A stretch of DNA of 64,000 bases from an uncultured bacterium (GTDB taxonomy: Bacteria > Actinomycetota > Coriobacteriia > Coriobacteriales > Atopobiaceae). Position 1 is the stretch's first letter; each line of letters opens with the position of its first letter. The DNA lies in NCBI GenBank assembly GCA_905215465.1, contig CAJMPT010000001.1:37684-101683 (forward strand), in the 5' to 3' direction. The notes under the pieces are model-generated. The model ran no database searches. It saw nothing but the letters and a program-made list of their open reading frames with translations, and was not told where the DNA came from. Made by a program: the position numbers and the translations under genes. Below, one piece after another: positions 1-10,421 of this stretch.

Positions 1-600
1 GTTCTTGGTGCGGCGGCTGAGCACCTGGATGGTGCGGCGGATCTCCTCGACGCGGCCGATGACCGGGTCGAGCTTGCCCTGACGCGCCATGTCGGTCACG
101 TTGCGGCCGTACTTGGAGAGCGCTTCGAACTCCGGCTTGGAGTCCTGGCTGGTCACGCGCTCGTCGCCGCGCAGGTTGTCATACGCCTCCTGAACGCGCT
201 TGCCCGTGACGCCCGCGGACTTGAGGATGCTGCCAGCGTCCGTCTTGTCATCGGCGAGGGCGCAGAGCAGATGCTCGGAGGTCACGTAGGAGTCGCCGAG
301 CTTGGTGGCGAGCTTCTCCGCGGCGTCGCCCACGCGCACGAGGGCCTGGCCGACGCCCATCTGGCTGGCATCGCCCGTGACCTGCGGCGCGCGAGCGATG
401 GCGTCGTCCACCTGGGACTCAACGGAGGCGGGGTCCGCGCCCACGCGCTCGATGATGGCACGCAGGTTGCGCTCGCCGGAGCTGAGCAGCGCCTTCAGCA
501 GGTGGATGGGCTCCACCTGGCCGGCGTTGGCGTCCGTGGCAATGCCGATGGCGGCCTGCAGGGCCTCCTGGGCCGTCACTGCCCACTTATCAAACCTCAT
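1..600 (-). CDS. clpB: ClpB-type AAA+ disaggregase, N-terminal part only (gene runs off the left edge)
   Basis: Manual reverse translation from the ATG at 600-598 gives [60 protein letters not shown]..., a Clp_N repeat domain. It is absent from the ORF track because there is no stop in the window. It lies in a heat-shock neighbourhood. Confidence 0.8.
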   Translation of the reverse strand, partial: MRFDKWAVTAQEALQAAIGIATDANAGQVEPIHLLKALLSSGERNLRAIIERVGADPASVESQVDDAIARAPQVTGDASQMGVGQALVRVGDAAEKLATKLGDSYVTSEHLLCALADDKTDAGSILKSAGVTGKRVQEAYDNLRGDERVTSQDSKPEFEALSKYGRNVTDMARQGKLDPVIGRVEEIRRTIQVLSRRTKN

Positions 601-672
601 ACTGGTCACCCCTTTTGGGTCTTCTTGTTTATCAAGACCTATTGTTCCCAGGCACGTGTGGCGATAAACGCA

Positions 673-702
673 AATCTAAGTCTGTTCATATTAGATTTTG
701 AG
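673..702 (-). promoter_or_regulatory. Conserved box upstream of clpB, shared with the dnaK promoter region (putative HspR operator)
   Basis: AATCTAAGTCTGTTCATATTAGATTTTGAG lies 73 nt upstream of the clpB ATG. 17 of its first 19 nt are identical to 5168-5186 upstream of dnaK. It contains the inverted repeat AATCTAA-N11-TTAGATT. Confidence 0.5.
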
Positions 703-852
703 AGAGGTAGGAGGGGTGCGGGCAGCGCTAGCGTACATAAACACAAAGCCCCGCATCGCCAACTGGGGCGATGCGGGACTTGAAAGGTGCCGGTTCATGT
801 AAATGTACACTGTGCGGCAAGAAGCGCCTGCGGGCAGCGCGGCCCGCGCATC

Positions 853-1278
853 CTACTCCCTACTGCTCCCATTGAGCAGCAAACGGTGCATGACCTGCTC
901 GGGGTTGGCGCCGTCGTAGCGCGCGAGGGCCGTGATCTTCTCCTGGACGTGGTACTCGCGGACCTCCTCCTCAAGGGAGCGCACGCGGACGCGCAGGGTC
1001 TCGAGCTCGCGCTCAAGCTCCAGCTCGCGCTCGCGCATGTCCAGGATGCGGATGACGCCGGCCAGGTTGATGCCCTCGTCCGTGAGCTTGGAGATGAGGT
1101 TCAGGCGGTCAATGTCGCTCTGGGAGTACAGGCGCGTGTTTCCGCGCGAGCGCCCTGGCGTGACCAGGCCCTTCTGCTCGTAGACGCGCAGGGTCTGCGG
1201 GTGCATGCCCGTGAGCTCGGCGGCCACGCTGATCATGTAGAGCGGCTTGTCTCGCCCCTCGCCCTCGCTACGCGCCAT
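853..1278 (-). CDS. hspR: MerR-family heat-shock repressor HspR
   Basis: MerR HTH ([46 protein letters not shown]) and a coiled-coil tail. It is the last gene of a dnaK-grpE-dnaJ-hspR operon. The ATG at 1278 was chosen because GAGAGG lies 9 nt upstream; ATG 1287 is also possible. Confidence 0.85.
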   Translation of the reverse strand: MARSEGEGRDKPLYMISVAAELTGMHPQTLRVYEQKGLVTPGRSRGNTRLYSQSDIDRLNLISKLTDEGINLAGVIRILDMRERELELERELETLRVRVRSLEEEVREYHVQEKITALARYDGANPEQVMHRLLLNGSSRE

Positions 1279-2224
1279 TGTGGCCATCCTCTCTGTAGCT
1301 GCGCCCGTCCGCCGCCCGAAGCGACTCAAGCGCCTCGCGCTCCTTCTTGGAGAGCATCGTGGGCACCTTGACCTGCACCGTCACGTACACAGAGCCGATC
1401 TTGCCCTTGTTCTTGATGTCCGGGGCGCCCTTATCGGGAATGCGGAAGGTGCGTCCGGGCTGGGTGCCGGCCGGGATGGAAAGCCTGACCTCGGTGCCGT
1501 CCGGCATGGGGACGCTGGCCTTGGTGCCCAGCGCGGCCTCGTACATGCTCACGGGGAAGTCCATGCGCACGTCCGCGCCGTCGCGCTTGAAGACGGGGTG
1601 GTTGGCCACGTTGGTGGTGATGACCAGGTCTCCGCGCGGGCCGCCGTTGGCGCCCACCTCGCCACGACCGCGATAGCGCAGCTTGCCGCCAGAGACGGCT
1701 CCCGCGGGAATCTTGACCGTGATGTTGTGCTCTTCTCCCGTGGAGGGCACGCGGTAGCTCACCTTGCGCTGGGCGCCGTGGAAGGCCTCGTCAAACGTCA
1801 CGTCGATGGACATGGTGAGGTCGCTGCCCTTGGCGGGCCTGCTCTGCGCGCGGGCGCCGGCCGCCCCGCCAAAGATGGACGAGAAGTCAAAGCCTCCCTG
1901 CCCACCGCCAAAGCCGCCGAAGATGTCCGACCAGTCGCCGCCCATGTTGGTGGTGTAGGTGTAGCCGCCGCGGTTGCGCCCGCCCGAGCCGCCAAAGTCG
2001 GCGCCCGGAATGCCGCCGAACATCAGCAGCTGGTCGTACTCGCGACGCTTCTTTGGGTCGGACAGCGTCGTGTAGGCCTCGCTGATCTCGGCGAACTTCT
2101 TCTCGTCGCCGCCGGCGTCCGGGTGGTTCTTGGCCGCCAGCTTGCGGAAGGCCTTCTTGATCTCGTCATCGGTGGCGTCGCGCTTCACGCCCAGAACGTC
2201 GTAGTAGTTCCTCTTGCCTGCCAT
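1268..2224 (-). CDS. dnaJ: J-domain co-chaperone DnaJ/CbpA type (no Cys-rich zinc-finger domain)
   Basis: J domain YYDVLGV...HPD, a long G/F-rich linker and C-terminal substrate-binding domains. No CxxCxGxG repeats are present in its 318 aa. Confidence 0.9.
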   Translation of the reverse strand: MAGKRNYYDVLGVKRDATDDEIKKAFRKLAAKNHPDAGGDEKKFAEISEAYTTLSDPKKRREYDQLLMFGGIPGADFGGSGGRNRGGYTYTTNMGGDWSDIFGGFGGGQGGFDFSSIFGGAAGARAQSRPAKGSDLTMSIDVTFDEAFHGAQRKVSYRVPSTGEEHNITVKIPAGAVSGGKLRYRGRGEVGANGGPRGDLVITTNVANHPVFKRDGADVRMDFPVSMYEAALGTKASVPMPDGTEVRLSIPAGTQPGRTFRIPDKGAPDIKNKGKIGSVYVTVQVKVPTMLSKKEREALESLRAADGRSYREDGHNGA

Positions 2225-2290
2225 GGTCTCTGCACGAGCCCCCTCTCAAAGGCGGCGCCCAGGTCACGTGGCCCGGGCGCCGATAAAACG

Positions 2291-3067
2291 TTACTGCTTG
2301 CTGGCGTCGGCGTTCGCGGCGTCGCCCTCGGCCGCAGGCTCCTCGGCAGGGCGCTTGGGGCCGCCGAAGGTCACGGTCACCATTGCGGTGCGAATGACCT
2401 TCTCGCCCATCTTGTAGCCCTTCTGGTAGACCTGGGCCACCGTCTCGTCGTAGGCGTCCTTGTCCTCGACGCGGCCAACAGCCTGGTGCGAGAGAGGCTC
2501 GAAGGCCTGGCCGGCGGGGTCGATGGGCTCGACGCCCTCCTTTGCCAGAATGTCGAGCATCTTGTCGTGCACGGCGGAGACGCCGTCGACAAAGCTCTGC
2601 ATCTGGTCGTCGCCGTCGGCGTTGCCGGCGTGGTCCAGCGCACGCTCCATGTCGTCCAGCACGGGGAGAAGCGCGCAGACCAGCTTCTCTGCCGCGCGCT
2701 CCTTCTCGGCCAGGCGCTCCGTCGCCGTGCGGCGGCGGTAGTTGTCCCAGTCGGCCTGCAGGCGGACCAGGCGCTCGGAGGCGTCCGCGGCCTGCTTCTT
2801 TGCCGCCTCGATCTGGTCCTCGACGTCGGCGAGCTTCTTCTGCAGCTCGTCGCGCTCGGCACGGATCTTGCTCGCGTCGGCGGCGAGCTCCTTCTCGGCA
2901 GCCTCCTCGCCCGCGCGCGTTGCCGCGTCGATAAGTGCCTGCTCGTCGTCGGGGTCAACGTCCCGAGCGGCATCCTGCTCGGCGACGTCCTGCTCGGCCG
3001 CAGCCTGCGTGGCCTGCTCGTCCTTATCCATGGGCTCCTCGCCCTCAACCTCGATGGGCACCTTCAC
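2291..3067 (-). CDS. grpE: Nucleotide exchange factor GrpE
   Basis: Acidic N-terminus, coiled coil and the GrpE C-terminal motif (FEPLSHQAVG...GYKMGEKVIRTAMVTV). GTG start with GAGGAGGG 4 nt upstream. Located between dnaK and dnaJ. Confidence 0.85.
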   Translation of the reverse strand: MKVPIEVEGEEPMDKDEQATQAAAEQDVAEQDAARDVDPDDEQALIDAATRAGEEAAEKELAADASKIRAERDELQKKLADVEDQIEAAKKQAADASERLVRLQADWDNYRRRTATERLAEKERAAEKLVCALLPVLDDMERALDHAGNADGDDQMQSFVDGVSAVHDKMLDILAKEGVEPIDPAGQAFEPLSHQAVGRVEDKDAYDETVAQVYQKGYKMGEKVIRTAMVTVTFGGPKRPAEEPAAEGDAANADASKQ

Positions 3068-3161
3068 GTCACCCTCCTCGTAGAAGTGAGGGGCGGCCCT
3101 GCGGCCGCCCCAAGAAGTTCAGTCGCAGACCGGCGCGGGGCCGGCCTCACGGCAGCTGGTC

Positions 3162-5159
<1,998 letters not shown>

Positions 5160-5167
5160 CTATACAT

Positions 5168-5199
5168 AATCTAAGTCTCTTCACATGAGGTTTTTTGAG
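5168..5199 (-). promoter_or_regulatory. Conserved box upstream of dnaK, shared with clpB (putative HspR operator overlapping the promoter)
   Basis: AATCTAAGTCTCTTCACATGAGGTTTTTTGAG lies 108 nt upstream of the dnaK ATG. On the coding strand it is followed by TATAGAAT, a -10-like element. Confidence 0.5.
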
Positions 5200-5246
5200 G
5201 GCATGGTTTTAGGGACAGGGATGACGCCGAACTCGAACCCCGATCT

Positions 5247-5500
5247 TGCACAGAAGTCCCCTTGGTGTGAGCATTTTCGGCGGCGGCGTGCAGAAGTAGC
5301 CTTCGTGTGAGCCCGTTATTTGATCCTGCCGCAATTATCAAAATATCAATGAATACCATTGGGCTGAAACAGCAGGTCGGCGAAGGTCCGGCTGCATAAA
5401 CTGCTCCGGTCCGCTCCGGAGACGCCGGAGAGGGACTCACACGAAGGCCACTTCCGCGCAAAGTTGCGCCGCAGACTCACACCAAGGCCACTTCTGCGCA
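5247..5500. repeat. Family-A composite palindromic element, copy 1
   Basis: Forward modules end at 5272 and 5312 (TGCACAGAAGTCCCCTTGGTGTGAGC, GTGCAGAAGTAGCCTTCGTGTGAGC). Reverse modules start at 5436 and 5476 (CTCACACGAAGGCCACTTCCGCGCA, CTCACACCAAGGCCACTTCTGCGCA). Both pairs have an exact 40-bp period. Confidence 0.85.
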
Positions 5501-5722
5501 GCTCCTGGACACTCATCCGCCCGACGAACGCCCCAACGGCCTGCACGTTATGCCCATGGCCTCCAAATGTCGCAATTCACCCCTCACCTGCGGCTCGCAA
5601 CCGCCGGGCGCCCTCCGGTTTCCCAAAAAGCAGCCCGCGATTGGTGGAGTGGAGTCCCCGGCTACCATAGTCTGGGAGTTGCCGGCGCACCCAAACCACC
5701 CGCAGCCCCAGGAAGGCACGTC

Positions 5723-6751
5723 ATGAGCTTCCGCGACAACCTCCAGCACCTGCGCGCCACGCGCAACATGACCCAAGAGCAGCTCGCCATGCTGCTAGGC
5801 GTTTCTCGCCAGTCGGTCACAAAATGGGAGGCCGAGAAGAGCTACCCAGAGATGGACAAGCTCATCAAGATTTGCCAGCTCTTTGACTGCACGCTTGACG
5901 ACCTCGTGACCGGCGACCTCACCCAGCGCCCCTCCGAGGAGCCCTCCATACCCGGCGGCCCGGCGGCCGACGTCTGCGGCTACGACGAGCATGCGCGGGA
6001 CTTTGCGACCCGCATCTCCACCGGCACCGCGCTCTGCGTCCTGTCTGTCGTGCCAACCGTCCTCTTGGGCGGACAGGTCAACGTCTCGTTCGGCGTCCTG
6101 AGCATCTCATACTCCGACGCGCTGGGAATCCTGCTGCTGTTTGCGCTCATTGCTGCCGGATGCGCTTTTCTGATTCCAGCCGGCCTCTCGCACGCAGCCT
6201 TCAAGCGCGAGCATCCCTACATTGAGGATTTCTACACCGCCGAGGACCGCCACAAGACCAGGGAGCTCCTGAGCGGCTGCGTGACGTTCGGCGTCATCCT
6301 TGTGCTCGCGGGCGTCGGGCTGATAGCGCTCCTCAGCGAGACTTGGGGAGAAGGGCCCGCATGCGGCGCGTTCCTTGCGCTCGTGGCCATCGCCACCTGG
6401 CTCTTTGTGTGGGGCGGCATGACCTACTCGCGCCTAGACATAGACGCCTACAACAACGGGGCCGCCGAGGATCTTTCTGACCAGGAGATCGACGCCCTCT
6501 CACTGAGCGAGGAGGAGCGCATCCGCCTGCGCCAGAGCCGCGACCAGAGCAGACGCATCGGCCGCGCCTGCGAGATCATCATGCTGGTGGCGACCATCGT
6601 TGGCCTTGCGTGGCTCTTTTTGGGGCGCGCCCTCACGCCAGCCGATGACGACCCCGCAGCCGTCAGCCTCGCAAGCTACTTCTGGCTGAGCTGGGTCTTC
6701 GGCGGCATCGCCTGCGCCATTGCGGTCATCGTCCTCAATCCCCGCCCATAG
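5723..6751 (+). CDS. XRE-family HTH protein fused to a polytopic membrane domain
   Basis: HTH_3 motif (LRATRNMTQEQLAMLLGVSRQSVTKWEAEKSYPEMDKLIKICQLFDCTLDDL) followed by about 6 hydrophobic segments. ATG 5723 is preceded by GGAAGG. The upstream part of the ORF (5567-5722) is non-coding-like. Confidence 0.8.
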   Translation: MSFRDNLQHLRATRNMTQEQLAMLLGVSRQSVTKWEAEKSYPEMDKLIKICQLFDCTLDDLVTGDLTQRPSEEPSIPGGPAADVCGYDEHARDFATRISTGTALCVLSVVPTVLLGGQVNVSFGVLSISYSDALGILLLFALIAAGCAFLIPAGLSHAAFKREHPYIEDFYTAEDRHKTRELLSGCVTFGVILVLAGVGLIALLSETWGEGPACGAFLALVAIATWLFVWGGMTYSRLDIDAYNNGAAEDLSDQEIDALSLSEEERIRLRQSRDQSRRIGRACEIIMLVATIVGLAWLFLGRALTPADDDPAAVSLASYFWLSWVFGGIACAIAVIVLNPRP

Positions 6752-6762
6752 CGACACACAAA

Positions 6763-6806
6763 TTGGGGACGTGTTCATATTTGCGCAAAAATGAACACGT
6801 CCCCAA
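6763..6806. terminator. Bidirectional hairpin between convergent genes
   Basis: Perfect 16-bp stem TTGGGGACGTGTTCAT / ATGAACACGTCCCCAA with a 12-nt loop, lying exactly between the stops at 6751 (+) and 6815 (-). Confidence 0.75.
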
Positions 6807-6814
6807 CTTGTGAG

Positions 6815-7366
6815 CTACTCGCCGAGGATGCGGTGGGAGAAGACGCCGTTCTCGTAGACGCCAAAGCTGTGGGTGCCGTCCTTGGGAATGCCCACCGAGC
6901 CGGGGTTGAAGACGGTGATGCCCGGGTGCCCCTCGACCTCCTGCAGGACCTTCTTGTGCGTGTGGCCATAGACCAGCGCCGAGCCAGCGGGCAGCGCGGG
7001 CCACTTGTCCACGCTGTTGTGGAGGCCGGGGCCGTAGACGTGGCCGTGCGTGAAGAAAAGGGTCTTGCTGCCGGCGGCGGGGTCAATCAGCGCGTTGTGA
7101 TCAGCCATGCAGGGGAAGGAGAGGACCATCTGGTCAACCTCGGCCTCGCAGTTGCCGCGCACGGCAATGACCTGGTCGGCAATGGAGTTGAGCATCTCGA
7201 TGACACGCTTGGGCGCGTAGTCGGCCGGCAGGTCGTTTCGCGGGCCGTGGTAGAGAAGGTCTCCCAGCAGGACCACGCGGTCGGGGTTCAGCTCCTCGAC
7301 CTGGGCCATCAGGCGCTCGCACCACTCGGCGGCACCGTGGATGTCAGACGCAATGACGAGCTTCAT
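6815..7366 (-). CDS. YfcE/MJ0936-family metallophosphoesterase
   Basis: Motifs ASDIHG, LGDLLYHGPRN, VRGNCE, FTHGH and YGHTH. ATG 7366 has GAGGAC upstream. Confidence 0.85.
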   Translation of the reverse strand: MKLVIASDIHGAAEWCERLMAQVEELNPDRVVLLGDLLYHGPRNDLPADYAPKRVIEMLNSIADQVIAVRGNCEAEVDQMVLSFPCMADHNALIDPAAGSKTLFFTHGHVYGPGLHNSVDKWPALPAGSALVYGHTHKKVLQEVEGHPGITVFNPGSVGIPKDGTHSFGVYENGVFSHRILGE

Positions 7367-7445
7367 GTGATGTCCTCTCAAAGGGGCAGATTGGGCTTGC
7401 ACGAACTACTTTAGCCGCCTCACATCACGCCGCGCAGAGAAGAGC

Positions 7446-7485
7446 AAAAGAAAGGCCCGCCCGCGCCGAGAAGCGCAGACGGGCC
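7446..7485 (-). terminator. Probable intrinsic terminator downstream of the lipoprotein gene
   Basis: GGCCCG...CGGGCC outer stem with an inner GCGC/GCGC stem, followed on the minus strand by TTTCTTTT. Confidence 0.45.
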
Positions 7486-7506
7486 AAAGCGAGGTGCAAG
7501 GGCGCG

Positions 7507-8004
7507 TTACTGGGCGACCGCGAGGAGCCTCTGGTTCACGCGGGTCTGGACCTCAATGTAGTAGGCGTCATCCTCGGCAGAGAGCGAGCCCTCGTCGATG
7601 GCGTCGAACTTTGCCATGACGTCGGCGTACTTGGTCATCATCTCGCCGTACTTGCCCAGCATGGTCGCGGGGCTTCCCTGGGCCTTGTAGTCCTCCATGA
7701 AGTCGCAGTACTCGTTCATGAAGGACTCGTAGGCGTCAAGGGCCTCACGGACGCTCGAGGAAGAGCTGGACGCTGCGGGGGCCTCGGCGGCAGGGGCCTC
7801 TGCGGCAGGAGCGGTGGCCTCGCTCTTCTCCTCGGCCTTGGGCGTGGAGTCGGCGGCGGCAGGAGCCTCGGTCTTTGTGGTGGACGAGGTCTCGGTCGTC
7901 GAGGAGGTCTTGTTCCCCGAGCAGCCAGCCATGCCCAGCGAGAGGGCAAGCGCGGCGGCAGCGACACCTGCGACAACGCCAATCTTGTTCTTCTTAATCA
8001 TCAT
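7507..8004 (-). CDS. Secreted lipoprotein, function unknown
   Basis: MMIKKNKIGVVAGVAAAALALSLGMAGCSG is a signal peptide with a lipobox-like MAGC, followed by a low-complexity S/T/A/E linker and a small helical domain. GGAAGGGGA RBS. Confidence 0.75.
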   Translation of the reverse strand: MMIKKNKIGVVAGVAAAALALSLGMAGCSGNKTSSTTETSSTTKTEAPAAADSTPKAEEKSEATAPAAEAPAAEAPAASSSSSSVREALDAYESFMNEYCDFMEDYKAQGSPATMLGKYGEMMTKYADVMAKFDAIDEGSLSAEDDAYYIEVQTRVNQRLLAVAQ

Positions 8005-8127
8005 GAAGTCCCCTTCCAAAGCAGAAAGCAAACTGAACGTGACCCTCATTCTGAGAAGGCCGTCGTTTGGTTACCTCAGTTGGGAACTGAATTCTGTCAG
8101 CGGCGGGTCGCAGGCCGTCGGACGCCC

Positions 8128-9816
8128 CTAATTCTCACCGGCGTAGATCTCGTAGGTGGCATAGTCCACGGAGGAGCAGCGGATCTCAAACGGCACCGAG
8201 GTGCCCTCGGCGGAGTCGTACACAAAGTCAGTCCCTCCACCGACGATGTCGCCTGAGGCATCCCTAAAGACAACGCTCACATAGATGGACGGCGATCCGT
8301 AAGCGCGACCAATGGTGCCGGCGCGCTCAAGAGCGACTTCTCCGGCAACGGAGAAGTCGCCCCTATCGTTTCTGACATTGACGCCGCTGGTAGAAACCAC
8401 GGTGGCATCGTCAGCCTTGGCTTCTTTCAAATCGAGGTCCGTGGGCTTGTCGACTGTCACATCAACAGACGCAGTATCCGCAGCCGAGCCTACGGGGCAG
8501 ATCCTGCGTTGCGTCTGTCCCGGATACAAATACGAGACGTAGTCGTTTGCGGTCGCAAGGACAGAGCCGTCTTCCGAGCGGGCCGCAAGAGTCACAAAGG
8601 CTCCGAGTATGCACAGGGAGTCGCTGGTGTTGGCAATCTCGTAAACGTCATAGACACCCAGGCCGTCCCTATACCACCCCAGGTTCTTGATCTGCAGAAT
8701 GTTCTCGCCTGAGTCGGCCGTCGTTGGGGACTTGGCAGATGAGGACGACGGCGCAGTCGCCGAGGAATCCGCCTTCGGGGTTGTCGTCGTCGAGGCAGAG
8801 CTCGAGCTCGAAGCCGACGCCGCAGCCGCATCCGCCGAGGACGCGGCCGCATCCTCGCGAATCGCCTGCAGAAGGGGCCTGCCCAGGGCCATGTAGAGCG
8901 CCATCACTGCTGTAATCAGGACCAGAACCTCGATGGCCACCAAGTACGCCCGCCCCTCTCGGCGAGAAGAGCGTCCGCCCCTGGCCTTCTTGCCAGAGCC
9001 AGCGCCCGCCAGCCCGGCAGTCGCCGCAGACACGGGAGCCTCCGTGGGCTTCTCGCCAGAAAGAGCTGCGGAGAGGTCCGCCGCGCTTTGGTATCGGCTG
9101 CTCGGCTCAAAGCTGCAGGCCCTCTGAATGATGCCCCTCATCTGCGCGGACACGTGGCTCTCGTCCGCCAGGGCCTCCTGGTAGCCATCATCGTTGGGAA
9201 CGAGGCCCGTCAGCAGGTAGCCCAGCACGCAGCCGATGGAGTACACGTCGGAGCGGGCGTCGGTCTGCTCGAAGCCGTACTGCTCGGGCGCGGCAAAACC
9301 GTAGGTGCCCAGGGCGTTGGTGTCCTTGACGGCGCCCTCCACGCGCAGGCGGGCTATGCCCAGGTCGATGAGGTGCGCCCCGTCGGCGCTCTCCACGATG
9401 TTCCTAGGAGAGATGTCTCGGTGGATGATTCCCAGCTCATGCAGGGCGCCCGCAGCCTCGCAGACTTCGCAGGCAATCCGGACGGCCTCGGCTTCCGGGA
9501 GCAAGCCATTCTCCCTGACCAGGGACTCCGCGGTCTTGCCGGGCACAAAGTCGTACACCACCACAAACTGGTCAGGCAGCTCGTAGGTTGCCTCGACGTG
9601 GGGAAGCCTCGCACAAGAGCACCGACCCAGCGCGGACCACACGTTACGGCGCGCCATGTCGGTATTGATCTTCTTGCGCACAAAGGGGCCGGCGCCCTCG
9701 ATGCTCACCAGCTCGGTGATCTCCTGGGGGCCGCGAGCAAGAACGCTCTGGACGTGGTACATGTCGTCAAGGGCCATGGCATGCATGACCTGCGCATCGT
9801 TCAAGCTCTCCCCCAT
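8128..9816 (-). CDS. Membrane Ser/Thr protein kinase with an atypical catalytic loop and an unknown extracellular domain
   Basis: Hanks-kinase motifs are present but deviant: HRDISPRN (Lys replaced by Ser), DLG for DFG, and APE present. One TM segment (YLVAIEVLVLITAVMALYMAL), an S/A-rich linker and a roughly 200-aa C-terminal domain. Confidence 0.8.
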   Translation of the reverse strand: MGESLNDAQVMHAMALDDMYHVQSVLARGPQEITELVSIEGAGPFVRKKINTDMARRNVWSALGRCSCARLPHVEATYELPDQFVVVYDFVPGKTAESLVRENGLLPEAEAVRIACEVCEAAGALHELGIIHRDISPRNIVESADGAHLIDLGIARLRVEGAVKDTNALGTYGFAAPEQYGFEQTDARSDVYSIGCVLGYLLTGLVPNDDGYQEALADESHVSAQMRGIIQRACSFEPSSRYQSAADLSAALSGEKPTEAPVSAATAGLAGAGSGKKARGGRSSRREGRAYLVAIEVLVLITAVMALYMALGRPLLQAIREDAAASSADAAAASASSSSSASTTTTPKADSSATAPSSSSAKSPTTADSGENILQIKNLGWYRDGLGVYDVYEIANTSDSLCILGAFVTLAARSEDGSVLATANDYVSYLYPGQTQRRICPVGSAADTASVDVTVDKPTDLDLKEAKADDATVVSTSGVNVRNDRGDFSVAGEVALERAGTIGRAYGSPSIYVSVVFRDASGDIVGGGTDFVYDSAEGTSVPFEIRCSSVDYATYEIYAGEN

Positions 9817-9909
9817 CCTGCGTAACCACGGGCCGCAAGGCGGCTAACTTCAAATCGTAGTCACCTTACCAGCAGGATTCCTCAGTTGGCAGCTGAATGG
9901 GCCAGAGGC

Positions 9910-10413
9910 CTACCTCAGGCGGTCAGTGCCCAGCAGGGTCTTCTCGCCAAGGCGGAAGAGCTCGTCGTCGGCCTCCTCGCGGGTGAGGCCGTTCTCCATG
10001 CACCAGATGAGAATTGCGTCGCGCCGTTGCTTGCACCACAACTCGGAGACGCCGGCCAGCCTCAGCAGACGCTGGGCCTGGCGCAGGTCGCAGCGCAGGC
10101 CAAACGCCAGCATGATGGCGTGGTCGCGGCCGGGCCGGCTCTTGCCGGCAAAGATGTCGTAGACCACGGTGGGGTTGATGCCCGAGCCGCGGATCACGTC
10201 CGCACGCTTGAGGCCCGTCGCATCAAGGCGTTCCTGCAGGTAGTCGATGAGCTCGCGGGTGCCCACGCCCTCGGCGTCCAAGTATTCCTCCGGGCGCGAG
10301 GCCGCAAGCAGCCGCTCGAGCAGGTCCTCCGTCAGGCGCTCCTCGCCCTCGGCGGGCATAACGACCTCCTCGGGCCGCGACGCTGCCTCCGCTGGCACGC
10401 TCTTCTCGTCCAT
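9910..10413 (-). CDS. Small HTH (XRE-like) protein of unknown function
   Basis: Acidic N-terminus, then TGLKRADVIRGSGINPTVVYDIFAGKSRPGRDHAIMLAFGL. The ATG lies 8 nt after the metA stop (a GTG at 10422 is also possible). Co-oriented with metA and the kinase. Confidence 0.6.
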   Translation of the reverse strand: MDEKSVPAEAASRPEEVVMPAEGEERLTEDLLERLLAASRPEEYLDAEGVGTRELIDYLQERLDATGLKRADVIRGSGINPTVVYDIFAGKSRPGRDHAIMLAFGLRCDLRQAQRLLRLAGVSELWCKQRRDAILIWCMENGLTREEADDELFRLGEKTLLGTDRLR

Positions 10414-10421
10414 GGCGGGCA

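Noticed and set aside
5567-5722. 52-codon upstream extension of the XRE-membrane protein ORF.
   Set aside because: It is Pro/Ala/Gly/Arg-rich with no motif. The HTH domain begins right after ATG 5723, which has a GGAAGG RBS.
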